From positions 40,106 through 104,105 of IMG/VR virus record IMGVR_UViG_3300005366_000002: a stretch of DNA of 64,000 bases, one strand, 5' to 3'. This document shows, piece after piece, positions 8,222-18,700 of this stretch. The notes under the pieces were generated by a model. It did no database searches. It was given only the letters and a program-made list of their open reading frames with translations, and had not been told where the DNA came from. Source of the stretch: a virus. The position numbers and the translations under genes are program-made. How positions within the stretch are numbered: position 1 is the stretch's first letter; each line of letters starts with the position of its first letter.

Positions 8222-10585
8222 ATGGACAAGACCGAATCGACTGCTGCCCTCTCGTTCGCTGGTGAACAAGGAGCCGCACCGGCTCCCAAGCCGACGTCGA
8301 AGGGCCGCGTGACCAAGCGCAACGGCTCGCTGCAAGAACGGGACATCAACAAGATCCACGCCGTGCTGAACTGGGCGGTCAACGGTGACGAGAACCTGCC
8401 ACCCATCAAGGGCGTGTCGGTCGCCGACATCGAGGCCAACGCGGAGCTCAAGTTCTTCGACAAGATGAAGACGTCGGAGATCCACGACACGCTCATCGCG
8501 TCGACGCGTGACCTGATCTCCGAGGACTATCCCAACTACGACCACGTGGCGGCCCGCCTCGTCTGGTTCAAGGTCCGCAAGGAAGCGTTCGCCGACAAGA
8601 AGCCGCCGCATCTGAGCTACGTGATCGCGAAGAACGTCCGCATGAAGTTCTACGATCCGGCGATCTACGACCTCTACACGGAGGACGAGATCGACCAGCT
8701 GAACCGCATGATCGACCACACGCGCGACGACCTGTTCCGCTACGCCGGCGCCGAGCAGATGCGCCTCAAGTACCTGTGCCAGAACCGCAAGACCCGGAAG
8801 CCCACCGAGTCCTTCCAGTTCCCGTACATCATGGTGGCCGCGACCCTGTGCTCCAACGAGCCGCGCGAGACCCGCATGCAGGCCATCAAGGACTACTACG
8901 ACGCGATCTCGACGCACCGCCTCAGCGAGCCCACGCCGGTCATGGCAGGTGTCCGCTCGCTGGTCAAGCAGTTCTCCAGCTGCGTCGTCATCTCCGCTGG
9001 CGACAGCCTGGACTCGATCGAACGGGCTGGTCAGGCGATCCTCCGCTACGCATCGAAGAAGGCCGGCATCGGCATCGACGGCGGCCGCATCCGTGCGGTG
9101 AACCAACCGATCCGTGGCGGTGAAGCGATCTCGACCGGCCAGATCCCGTTCATCAAGAAGTTCAACGGCGATCTCAAGAGCTCGGCCCAGGGTGGCGTCC
9201 GCGGTGCCTCTGCGACCTACAACTACATGTTCTGGCATCTGGAGCTGGAGTCGCTCATCGAGCTGAAGAACGAGAAGGGCACCGAGGAAACGCGCGTCCG
9301 CACGCTCGACTACGTGCCGGCCTTCAACCTCGTGTTCTTCGAGCGGTGGCGTGACGGTCGCGACATCACCCTGTTCTCGCCGGAGGACGTGCCTGGTCTC
9401 TACGATGCGTTTTACAGCTCCAACGTCGACGAGTTCCGTCGCCTCTACGAGAAGTACGAGGGTGACAGCCGGATCACCAAGCGGTCCATCCCTGCCGAAC
9501 TGGTCGCCCAGAAGTTCGTGCTCGAACGGTTCGAGACAGGGCGCGTCTACTGCATGTTCGCCGACACGGTCAACACGCAGACGCCGTTCCTGGAGCCGGT
9601 GACGAGCACCAACCTGTGCGTCGAGATCTGCCTGGCGACCACTCCTGTGTCGTCGGAAGATCACAGCATCGGCCGCATCGCGCTCTGCACCCTGGGCGCG
9701 ATCAACCTCGGCAAGGTCGACATCTCGACTGCCGAAGGCCGCGAAGCTCTGCGTCGCGACTGCCGAATCGCCGTGCGCACCAAGGATGCGCTCCTGACCT
9801 ATCAGGACTACCCGCTCGAGGAAGCGCGTCTCAGCGTCGAGGAGTACCGTCCGCTGGGCATCGGCGTCATCGGGTTCGCCCACTGGCTCGTCAAGAACGG
9901 GCTGCGCTGGGGCGAGGCGAAGACCATCGAGGCGGTCAACCTGCTGTACGAGCACATCAGCTACTACCTCATCGAGGCTTCTGTCGAGCTGGCGGAAGAG
10001 CTGGGTCCGTGCAAGAAGGAGACCAAGTACAGCCGTGGCTGGTTCCCCTGGGAGTCGTCGAAGCTGGTGCTCCCGAAAACCCTGGATTGGGAAGCGCTTC
10101 GCAAGCGCATGATCGCCGCCGGTGGTACTCGCAACGCCACGCTGATGGCCGGCATGCCCAGCGAGACCAGTTCTCAACTGGCGAACGAGACCAACGGCGT
10201 GGAACCTCCGAAGGACCTGGTGTCGACCAAGGACTCGAAGGACGGATCGCTCCCGCAGGTCGTGCCGGACTTCGCCAAGTACAACCACCTGTACGAGACC
10301 CTGTGGGACGTCAATCCCATCGCGTACCTCAAGACTCTGGCCCCGGTCCAGCACTACTACGACCAGGCCATCAGCGCCAACACGTCGTTCGACCCGATGA
10401 AGATGAGCCGCGATCCGGCGACCGACAAGGTACTGCTGTCCAACTTCGCCGAGGTGTTCTGCCTGGCCTACGAGCTGGGCTACAAGACGCTCTACTACTC
10501 GAACGTGCGGAAGCCGAAGCTGGCTGACGGGTCCGAACCGGCAGAAGCCGACGACGGCTGCGAAAGCGGCGCCTGCAAGATCTGA
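8222..10585 (+). CDS. nrdA: Ribonucleotide reductase class Ia alpha subunit with ATP cone
   Basis: VTKRNG ATP cone, PTPVMAG, QFSSC, QGGVRG, TNLCVEI, MPSETSS, KTLYY, C-terminal CESGACKI. Confidence 0.97.
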   Translation: MDKTESTAALSFAGEQGAAPAPKPTSKGRVTKRNGSLQERDINKIHAVLNWAVNGDENLPPIKGVSVADIEANAELKFFDKMKTSEIHDTLIASTRDLISEDYPNYDHVAARLVWFKVRKEAFADKKPPHLSYVIAKNVRMKFYDPAIYDLYTEDEIDQLNRMIDHTRDDLFRYAGAEQMRLKYLCQNRKTRKPTESFQFPYIMVAATLCSNEPRETRMQAIKDYYDAISTHRLSEPTPVMAGVRSLVKQFSSCVVISAGDSLDSIERAGQAILRYASKKAGIGIDGGRIRAVNQPIRGGEAISTGQIPFIKKFNGDLKSSAQGGVRGASATYNYMFWHLELESLIELKNEKGTEETRVRTLDYVPAFNLVFFERWRDGRDITLFSPEDVPGLYDAFYSSNVDEFRRLYEKYEGDSRITKRSIPAELVAQKFVLERFETGRVYCMFADTVNTQTPFLEPVTSTNLCVEICLATTPVSSEDHSIGRIALCTLGAINLGKVDISTAEGREALRRDCRIAVRTKDALLTYQDYPLEEARLSVEEYRPLGIGVIGFAHWLVKNGLRWGEAKTIEAVNLLYEHISYYLIEASVELAEELGPCKKETKYSRGWFPWESSKLVLPKTLDWEALRKRMIAAGGTRNATLMAGMPSETSSQLANETNGVEPPKDLVSTKDSKDGSLPQVVPDFAKYNHLYETLWDVNPIAYLKTLAPVQHYYDQAISANTSFDPMKMSRDPATDKVLLSNFAEVFCLAYELGYKTLYYSNVRKPKLADGSEPAEADDGCESGACKI

Positions 10586-10604
10586 TCGACGACCGGAGAA
10601 CACA

Positions 10605-11684
10605 ATGCAAACCATGTACGCGACCCCCACCAACCTGTTCTTCGCGCCGGGCGGCAAGCCCATCGCTCGCTACGACAAGCCGCGCTACCCGATCTTCGAG
10701 AAGCTGAACAAGCTGATGCGCAGCTTCCACTGGGAGCCGGAAGTCATCCCGATGTCCGGCGAGCGACGGAGCTTCAACTCGATGACCGACGCGGACCAGT
10801 TCGTGTTTACCTCGGGCTTGCAGCGAGCGATCATGCTGGACACCAAGCAGGGTGAGGAGCCGTCCCGCGTGTTCGGCACCGTCTGCACCGACCCCTCGCT
10901 GTCGAACTGCATCACGACCTGGCAGCAGTTCGAGACGATCCACAGCGAGTCCTACACGCACATCCTGCGCGCCATCTACCCGGACCCGAGCGCCGTCGTG
11001 GAGCAGATCCCGACGATCAAGGCGATCACCGAGTGCGCGGCCGCCATCAGCGACGCCTACGATCGCATGGTCGCCCATCCTTCGAAGGAGAACCTGTACC
11101 TGGCGCTGTGCGAGGCCAACGCGTTGGAGGCCCTGCGGTTCTTCAACTTCTTCGCCACGCTCTTCAACTTCAAGAAGCGCCTGATGGTTCCCGGTTCCGG
11201 CGACATCGGCAAGCTGATCGCACGCGACGAGAACATCCACCTGTCGCTGGTCATGCACATCATCAAGGCGCTGCCCAAGGACGATCCGGAGTTCGTGGAG
11301 ATCATCGGCGACAACCGTGAACGGGCCCTCCAGATCTACCGGACGGCCGCGGAGCAGGAGAAGGCCTGGGCCCAGTACCTGTTCTCCCACGGCCCGATCA
11401 TGGGTCTCAACGAGGGCATCCTCTGCGAGCACATCGAGTATCGCGAGATCAAGGCGACCAACGGCATGGGTCTGACCTCGAAGAAGCTGCCGCTTCTCAA
11501 CATCAGCTACATGCGCGAGTACGTCGACGACTCGGACAAGATCCAGGCCGCTCCGCAGGAAGACGGCGCGCTGGAATACCTGTCGTCTTCGTCGTTGCAC
11601 AACGACATGGAGAACTTCGTTCCCAAGTTCGGGACGGCCAAGCTGGACCTCAAGGCCCTGCTGGGCGTCGGAGTCGCCGCATGA
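10605..11684 (+). CDS. nrdB: Ribonucleotide reductase class Ia beta subunit
   Basis: FHWEPE, LDTKQG, ETIHSESY (radical Tyr), LEALRF, RDENIH, APQE tail. Confidence 0.95.
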   Translation: MQTMYATPTNLFFAPGGKPIARYDKPRYPIFEKLNKLMRSFHWEPEVIPMSGERRSFNSMTDADQFVFTSGLQRAIMLDTKQGEEPSRVFGTVCTDPSLSNCITTWQQFETIHSESYTHILRAIYPDPSAVVEQIPTIKAITECAAAISDAYDRMVAHPSKENLYLALCEANALEALRFFNFFATLFNFKKRLMVPGSGDIGKLIARDENIHLSLVMHIIKALPKDDPEFVEIIGDNRERALQIYRTAAEQEKAWAQYLFSHGPIMGLNEGILCEHIEYREIKATNGMGLTSKKLPLLNISYMREYVDDSDKIQAAPQEDGALEYLSSSSLHNDMENFVPKFGTAKLDLKALLGVGVAA

Positions 11685-12103
11685 CCCAAGACCCGAAGGA
11701 GCTGATCAAGCTCAACGACGGGTCGGCTCCCAACGCAGTGGCGCCAACCAAGTGGGCGCCGGACCCTGCGCTGCGCCGCATCGTCTGCGCGGCCGTCCTG
11801 ATCCAATGGGGCTCCAAGTCGCTGAAGCTGGTGAGTCCGCGGCACTGGGACTCGACGATGCATGATCAGCTTCAGCAGATCGTCGTGCTGGCCTACCCTG
11901 CAGCGGAGACCTCGGAAGCCCAGTTCGCCGCCTGGGTCAAGGCCAATCTGGACATGGAGGGCCAGATCCAAGGCTTCGTCGACCAGTTCGGTGACTTCTG
12001 GGATCGTAGTGACGCCTACTCGATCGCCCGGAGGCAACACCAGATCGTGCGGAAGACAGGCAACCAGGATTCCTGGGAGCTGTTCTCGGAGGACCTCTAC
12101 TGA
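11681..12103 (+). CDS. Conserved phage hypothetical protein
   Basis: IVCAA...RH...QGFVDQFG...LFSEDLY pattern; translationally coupled to nrdB. Confidence 0.65.
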   Translation: MTQDPKELIKLNDGSAPNAVAPTKWAPDPALRRIVCAAVLIQWGSKSLKLVSPRHWDSTMHDQLQQIVVLAYPAAETSEAQFAAWVKANLDMEGQIQGFVDQFGDFWDRSDAYSIARRQHQIVRKTGNQDSWELFSEDLY

Positions 12104-12606
12104 TGAAACCCGTGAAGCAGACGATCATCTACAACGACCAGACGATCGGCAACGGCGACTGCGTGACCGCCTGCTGGGCGTCCATCCTGGAGCTCCCGCT
12201 CTGGATGGTGCCTCCGTTCCACCAGATGTACGGACGCCCGGACTACAACGCACGCCTCGACGAGTACATGAAGCTCGTGCATCGCCTGCAGGTCATCACA
12301 GTTTACAACGTGAACGTCCCGGCAGAGTTCGACAAGGACGATCTGCGGAACCTGCGTGATCTCCCGGAGTTCTACGTGGCGACTGGTCCTACGGTTCGCG
12401 GCGGTCACCACGCAGTCGTCTACGGCGGTGATCGCTCTGTGAGGGCCTCTGCAGGATCTTCCTGGCAGTCCATGTGGCCGTCCGACAGGCTGGTCCACGA
12501 CCCACACAGCAGCGACGCAGGTCTGACATCCGTCTGGAAGATCATGTACCTGCGGCCTCTCGCCGCACCCGCCATCGACGTCAACAACGTCCCGGAGATC
12601 CTCTGA
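12103..12606 (+). CDS. Hypothetical protein with papain/C39-like Cys-His-Asp motifs
   Basis: QT..GDCVTACWASIL, HAVVY, VHDP. Confidence 0.5.
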   Translation: MKPVKQTIIYNDQTIGNGDCVTACWASILELPLWMVPPFHQMYGRPDYNARLDEYMKLVHRLQVITVYNVNVPAEFDKDDLRNLRDLPEFYVATGPTVRGGHHAVVYGGDRSVRASAGSSWQSMWPSDRLVHDPHSSDAGLTSVWKIMYLRPLAAPAIDVNNVPEIL

Positions 12607-12638
12607 ACTGGGACACCTGGAACTAGAAGGAGCAGCTC

Positions 12639-13016
12639 ATGGCTGACGATCAGAACACTGACACCACGCAGACCGCAACGGTCACCAAGACAGAGACCGC
12701 CACAGAGACGACCACCGTGTCTGTCGAGGAGCAGCAGGTCTCCAAGGTTCTCCGCATCGCTGGCATGTTCTGGGACTGGTTCGACCAGCGGGACGTGGAG
12801 AAGCACCTGGTGGCCTTGTTCACCCTGTTCATGACGTTCATGGAGCTCCGCTGGGGCATGCACTTCGCAGAGGTCAACGAGGCGCGACCGGGCACCGACA
12901 TCGCCCTGGTTCTCGCTGCGATCGGCGTGCCGTTGACGGCCCTCCAGGCGGCTGTCATCAACTGGTACTTCACGGCGCGCACCGTTGCTGTCCAACCGGC
13001 CTCGAAGGATCAATGA
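12639..13016 (+). CDS. Two-TM membrane protein (possible holin)
   Basis: Hydrophobic segments LVALFTLFMTFM and IALVLAAIGVPLTALQAAVINWYF; AGGAG RBS. Confidence 0.5.
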   Translation: MADDQNTDTTQTATVTKTETATETTTVSVEEQQVSKVLRIAGMFWDWFDQRDVEKHLVALFTLFMTFMELRWGMHFAEVNEARPGTDIALVLAAIGVPLTALQAAVINWYFTARTVAVQPASKDQ

Positions 13017-13384
13017 TGGGACGCCGTCAGACCATCGTGAAGCCCATGCACTTCAAGATCGCAGAGTCGCAGGAGGACATCCTGCTGACCCTGCGGCCGC
13101 TTCCACCTGGCGCCCCTGTGGAGTCAGGCGACCGGATCATCAAGAACCGGCGGTGTCGGCTCGACGGGTTCACCGTGCTCGAAGATCCCAACTGGGCTCC
13201 TCGCTCCGAATGGGAGCTTCACAACCCGTTCATCGTGTGGAACGTGGAAGGTGGCCCAGTGTTCGTCGCAACCGACGACGAGCTGCATCGCCTCACCGGC
13301 TTGGAGAGCTTGATGGTCCGTGGTGGTCTCCTCTCGTTCGCTTACCTGGATCGCAGGTACAACGGGTCGGACTGCCAGGGCTGA
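13013..13384 (+). CDS. Hypothetical protein
   Basis: Coupled ORF filling the gap. Confidence 0.5.
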   Translation: MMGRRQTIVKPMHFKIAESQEDILLTLRPLPPGAPVESGDRIIKNRRCRLDGFTVLEDPNWAPRSEWELHNPFIVWNVEGGPVFVATDDELHRLTGLESLMVRGGLLSFAYLDRRYNGSDCQG

Positions 13385-13400
13385 CCAACTCCTGGGGAAC

Positions 13401-13411
13401 GCAATTTTATG
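13401..13411 (+). promoter_or_regulatory. GCAATTTTATG motif, putative late promoter (class L)
   Basis: Match to the recurring motif; its ATG is also the start of the HNH gene. Confidence 0.6.
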
Positions 13412-13771
13412 TTCAACCGACGAAGGCCGTTTGTTCGCAAGAGCGCCAGCGGCACCGCCCGTATCCAACGTGATAGTTACTCCAACGATGCTCAGGGATG
13501 GTGGACGATCCGGGATGCGGTGTGGACTCGCGATGGTGGTCTCTGTCAGTCGCGTCGAGGTGGTGTGGTCTGTGGCAAACCTGGAAAGGAAGTCCACCAC
13601 ATCATCCGACTCAGCGATGGCGGAACGACGACCATGGGAAACCTGATCACTCTGTGTCATGGCTGCCATGACGCGCGCCACACCCACCTGGCGCGCCAAC
13701 CGGAGCGACAGAATGCCAAACCGAAGAACCCCTACGGGCGGAAGCCGAAGCTGAAACCCTACACACCGTGA
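13409..13771 (+). CDS. HNH endonuclease
   Basis: RDGGLC...CG...EVHHI...GG...NLITLCHGCHDARH. Confidence 0.9.
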   Translation: MFNRRRPFVRKSASGTARIQRDSYSNDAQGWWTIRDAVWTRDGGLCQSRRGGVVCGKPGKEVHHIIRLSDGGTTTMGNLITLCHGCHDARHTHLARQPERQNAKPKNPYGRKPKLKPYTP

Positions 13772-13778
13772 GGTCAAG

Positions 13779-13997
13779 ATGACTCGTCGACTCGTCCTCC
13801 AGGCCAAGCAGCGCCTGGCTGAATCCAAAGTGATCGCCAAGATCGGACCGATCAAGCACGGCGACTTCCATCGCTGGCTCGGCAAGTCCGAGGACGAGCC
13901 CATCACGGAAGCCGACATCGCCAAGGGCAAGGCCGCCGGCGGACACGCTGCCAAGATGGCGCAGTTCGCGGAGAACGCCAAGCACTGGCACCACTGA
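13779..13997 (+). CDS. Small leader-bearing protein
   Basis: MTRRLVLQAKQRLAES; GAGG RBS. Confidence 0.75.
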   Translation: MTRRLVLQAKQRLAESKVIAKIGPIKHGDFHRWLGKSEDEPITEADIAKGKAAGGHAAKMAQFAENAKHWHH

Positions 13998-14024
13998 AGG
14001 TCTGTGGAAGCCGAACAAAGGAAC

Positions 14025-14648
14025 ATGATGCAAACGCTGAAACTCCAAGCCAAGGAACGACTGCTGGCGACTGCCGACATCGTGCAGGACACGGTGCCTC
14101 CGTCGTCTTACGTCGCAGCTGACGTGGACGAGGACGCGCGCACCGAGCTGGAACGCCAGCTGGGCAAGGCGGAACACGGCGAGCACGAAGCCGAGAAGGC
14201 CGGTGACGACGTCGCCGAGAGCCGCTACAAGGACCTGATGAGCGAAATGGACACCGCATTGTCGCACGGCTCCGATTCGGTCGCAGCCGTGAAGGCCAAC
14301 GACACGTCGGATCAACCCGGCATGACGGTCGCTGATCCCGCGCTGCGTCCCCAGATGCAGCACGCACTGGGCCCGGAAGGCATGCTGACGCTCAACGCCT
14401 CGCTGTTCAACGAGACGGAGCTGAAGGAGCTGGCCCAGCTGAACGCCAAGGACTCGCTGGTTCAAGCCGACACGGAAGACCCGATCTCCGACGGCGCCGC
14501 CTACGACCTGCTGGTCGATGGCGATCCGTCCGAAGAGGAGCCGGTCGTCCAGGAACTGACGAACAACGACGGCTCCACGGAAGCGCCGGACGATCAGCCC
14601 CTGCTGGTCGACGACGTGCCGCCTGCCATCCCGGTCATGAAGGCCTGA
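14025..14648 (+). CDS. Acidic leader-bearing protein (putative head-internal/core)
   Basis: MMQTLKLQAKERLLATA after AAGGA; D/E-rich. Confidence 0.75.
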   Translation: MMQTLKLQAKERLLATADIVQDTVPPSSYVAADVDEDARTELERQLGKAEHGEHEAEKAGDDVAESRYKDLMSEMDTALSHGSDSVAAVKANDTSDQPGMTVADPALRPQMQHALGPEGMLTLNASLFNETELKELAQLNAKDSLVQADTEDPISDGAAYDLLVDGDPSEEEPVVQELTNNDGSTEAPDDQPLLVDDVPPAIPVMKA

Positions 14649-14670
14649 TCGGAGCTCCAGGAGCGAACGA

Positions 14671-14677
14671 TAAATAG
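14671..14677 (+). promoter_or_regulatory. TAAATAG motif, putative class R promoter
   Basis: Intergenic, upstream of the 14686-15372-SNF2 run. Confidence 0.55.
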
Positions 14678-14685
14678 AGGTCACT

Positions 14686-15375
14686 ATGGGTCCACAGTCC
14701 AAACCGTTGGTGAAGCCGCCGGGTCCACTTGACTTCCCGCGGAACTTCAATCCGCACGCGGTCGCCATCTGGTTTGCCGCGTGCCGTTCGCTCCCACAAG
14801 ATACCAGGTCGGCCTGGACTACAGCCATTGCCCGTTACAGGGCCGGTTGCAAGTCCGCCGGCCTCAGTCCATTTGTGGACCCGAAGCAGGACACGGACAT
14901 CGCGATCCGCAACTACCTGTTCATGCAGCGCACCGTCTTCGTCCGCGCCATGAACGTCACCGGGTTGACCAGGGACCTGAAGGTGATTCGGCTCGTCCAC
15001 CGAGAGTGCCGCGTCGAGCCTTACGGGTTCTCGCTGATCGTCTCGGTGCAGTTTCAGATGGACGATCCCACCTGGATCAAGAGTCTGTTCAGGCTCAAGG
15101 GTGGCTATCGGTTCAGCCCTGCGCGTGATGTCCACCGTCGCTACTGCATGGAGCTTGACCCTGGGCTCACGGTGTTCGTCTACAACGACAGCATCAACGG
15201 GCCGCGTCGCTGGCACATCGGCTACGAGATCAAGTGCCCGATCGCTCCCATGTGGAGCTCCGATGGTCCTGCTGATGCGGCGACCAAGGAGCAGTACGTC
15301 CTCGACAACCTGTGGGCGCCCCTGATGAACACGTACAGGGAGCGTCGACGCCTCGACAGGATTCGCCGGCTATGA
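14686..15375 (+). CDS. Hypothetical protein
   Basis: 229 aa with GAGG RBS. Confidence 0.6.
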   Translation: MGPQSKPLVKPPGPLDFPRNFNPHAVAIWFAACRSLPQDTRSAWTTAIARYRAGCKSAGLSPFVDPKQDTDIAIRNYLFMQRTVFVRAMNVTGLTRDLKVIRLVHRECRVEPYGFSLIVSVQFQMDDPTWIKSLFRLKGGYRFSPARDVHRRYCMELDPGLTVFVYNDSINGPRRWHIGYEIKCPIAPMWSSDGPADAATKEQYVLDNLWAPLMNTYRERRRLDRIRRL

Positions 15376-15704
15376 GCAAAGAGCTGACCTTCACCTGGAA
15401 CCGCGACGGTGCCGAAGGGGACGTCAGCGCTGTCTCGTTTCCTCAGGCGCTGGATCGCGCGAAGGTCCAGTTCCTGAAGAAGAGGGGCTGCGGTCCCGGG
15501 ACCGCCAAGTTCCGCATCAACAAGGAAGAACTGCGCGATCGGTTCTTCAAGATCGGGCTCAGTCCGCTGACGTTTCAGCGGTACAAGGAGCTCTACCTGG
15601 GCTTCAAGGAGGATCAGCTGAGTCCGGCTGACCTGGAGGAGCTCGCCCAATTCCAATCGTTCTACAAAGCAAGGTCTGCATATGAACACGAGTACAAGCG
15701 CTGA
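15372..15704 (+). CDS. Hypothetical protein
   Basis: ATGA overlap with the upstream stop (MSKELTF...). Confidence 0.6.
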   Translation: MSKELTFTWNRDGAEGDVSAVSFPQALDRAKVQFLKKRGCGPGTAKFRINKEELRDRFFKIGLSPLTFQRYKELYLGFKEDQLSPADLEELAQFQSFYKARSAYEHEYKR

Positions 15705-18700
15705 ACGCCAAGCTCTCGTCGAAGCCCACCTGGCGGTTCGCCCGATGACGAACCTCGTCCCGCACGAGGAGTTCGCGCTGACCAAGGAGCAGCTGAACAG
15801 CGGCTTCATGGGTGTCTTCAACTGGAACTATGAAGGCGATCCCCGCAAGACCCTGCTGAAGGTCGCGCTGGGTCCCATCATGGACATGACGGCCATGATC
15901 ACCGGCAAGATGCCGGTCGGCAAGACCGAGGAAGACCGCAAGAACCGGAAGCTGAAGAACCAGAGCCTCCGCAAGTTCGCCGAGAACCGCCTGAAGTCCA
16001 ACCTGGCGCAGTACACGACGCTCCAGAAGGTCAACAAGGGCGACGACTCCTACTTCCTGGTCGGCCTCCCGATCGCGAAGTTCACGGGTCCCGACAGCGC
16101 GGCTGCCCTGATCTCCCTGTTCGACGGCCCGGCCTTGACCGAGGAAGGTCGCGCCAACATCGAATCGTCCATGAAGAACGTGGACGAGAAGTCGGTGGCC
16201 GTGTTCCCCGCTGCCCAGGCCCTGAAGGGCGCTGGCCTCGCCCCGAAGGCCATGAAGGTCTTCAGCGAAGCTCTCGTCGACGTGCGCTACAAGACCGTCC
16301 AGGGTCAGGGCACGATGATGTTCCTGACCCTGAAGCTCGACAAGGCTGCCGCGCAGTACATCACGAGCCAGGACTGGGTCGAGATCCGTCCGTCTGACGT
16401 GTACCCGCTGATGGTCGGCTGGGTCGAGGCCGAGTACGTGTCGGTCAACTACGGCAAGACGTCTATGTCGATGTCGAAGATCGCGACGACGCTGCCCAAG
16501 CACCTGCCGGGTGACGAGCGCGTCGACGCCTTCAACATCGGCATCCTCACCTCCGGCGAGCCCATCTGGATTCCCAAGGAGTGCGACAACACGGAGCGCT
16601 ACGAGTCCATGTACTCGGCGGCCGGCTCCAAGGAGAACGGCGAGTTCGCGCTGCGTCAGCTGGGCCAAGAAGTCGAGCCGCATCTGCCGAACAACATCCC
16701 GATCCTCACCGACTGGGTCAACAACAAGTTCACGTACTCGAACTCCGTGGGCAAGCCGGTCATCCTCGACCTGGCCCACCTGCGCAAGTGCACCGCCTCG
16801 ATGGCGCTCAACGTCCTTCGCCGGGACATGAGCGAGGACTACGTCAAGACCATCAGCTACTACGCGAAGGAGTGCCGCGTCTCGATCGCCGCAACCGACT
16901 ACGGCGCCACGTCGGTCCTCGGTGCCTTCGGCTCGAAGCCGAACCTCGAGATCGGCGACTACGCGGTCTTCGCCTTCAAGACCTGGATGGAGATCACGAA
17001 GAGCGCGCACCTGCGCTACTACGACGTGATGGACAGCCTGACCCTGAAGGCTGACAACGAGGGCACGCCGGTCACCAAGGACTCGATCGTCGACAACCCG
17101 GAGATGTTGCTCGAGCCAATCGCGCGGTTCATCAAGGCCCTCGTGCCGTCGATGATCGCCAACCTCGAGGCTCTGTTCGTCCGCTACGCCGTCAAGACCA
17201 TGACGGAGCAGCTCGGCCTGCTGGCTCTCCTGGCCAACTACGGTGCGGACCTGACAAAGACGACGGTCGAGTCCAACACGATCAACAAGGCTGCGCTCCA
17301 GCAGGGCGTCCTGCCTGGGTGGACTCCGCCTCCGATCCCGCTCCTGACCTCGAAGTTCCAGTCGGAGAACGGCGGTCTCCTGCCTCACCAGCTGAAGATC
17401 CGCAACATCCTGCGTGACCGTCCTGACCTGGCTGCCCTGCCGGTCGATGCCGGTGGCGGCAAGTCCATGCTGGCCATCACGGATGTCCTGAACGAGGTGG
17501 CGGCTGGCGAGAGCGCTCCGTACCTGGTGATGTGCCCGTCCCACCTGGTCGCCAACTACGTGTCGGAGATCGTGGAGTTCACGGATGGCAAGGTCAACGT
17601 GATCCCGGTCACGACCTACAACATCCAGACGACTGGCCTCAAGCGCTTCCAGGAGATCCTGGAGACGGCGCCGATCAACACGATCCTCGTGGTCGACTAC
17701 GACTGCCTGAAGTACATGGGTCGTGCCACGGTCTACGGTACTTCGACGATCTACGTCTACCCGATCGTGGAGATGATCCGCCGCTTCAAGCCTGGCTACG
17801 TCTTCATGGACGAGTCGCACTTCCTGCGCAACGCCGGCAACGCCCGCTTCAAGGCGGTGATGACGCTGGTCGCTGACATCAAGAAGAAGCGCGTGGCGTC
17901 CGGTACGATGAACCCGGACAGCCCGTCTGACCTGCCGGGCCAGATGGCGATCCTCGACCCGACGATCTTCGGCACGCGTGCCCAGTTCAACGCGAAGTAC
18001 GGCGACAAGGTCAGTGGCAACCGCGTGCTGTCCTGGAAGACGACGGGTCCTGACTCGATCAACACCGTGCTGCCGACGCTGCAGAACTCGGTGGTCTGGG
18101 CTCCGGCCAAGCGCAAGGAGTGGGCGTGCGCGCTGCCTCCGCGTCGCGACCGCTTCCTCGCCGTCACGCTGACGGACGCGCAGATGGCGGTCTACGACGC
18201 TCTGTTCGACGAGATGGTGGAGTCGATCCGCAAGAAGGCCGAGACCGACAAGAACGCGAAGAAGCTGCTGGACAAGCTGACCGGCAAGGCCGCGACCGCC
18301 GAAGACGAGGCCGCGTTCTCCGACCTGGGCGGCGACAAGGAGAAGGGCGACGCTGAAGGCGGTGACGACGAGGAGGATGAAGACGAAGAGGACGTGGGTC
18401 CTGCGCTGCAACCCTACCTCGCCAACATCGAGCGGTTCGTCAGCAACCCTGCGTGGCACCCGTACGCCAAGCATGGTTTCAAGGATCGCAACGGCAAGGT
18501 CCACCCACCTCTCTCCGGTGAAGACCTGATCTCGCCGAAGGCTCGCGAGCTGGCGAAGCAACTGAAGCTCTACCTGGACTCGCACGAGACCAAGGCGCTG
18601 ATCTTCACGAACTACAACGAGACCACCGACTCGCTGTTCAACGCGATGCCGGAGGAACTCCGGTCCTGCGGTCTGCTGTACAAGACCGGCAACAAGACCG

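Noticed and set aside
8222-11684. Introns or inteins in nrdA/nrdB, or an unusual RNR subclass
   Set aside because: Both ORFs are continuous and of normal length, with standard class Ia ligands and radical Tyr
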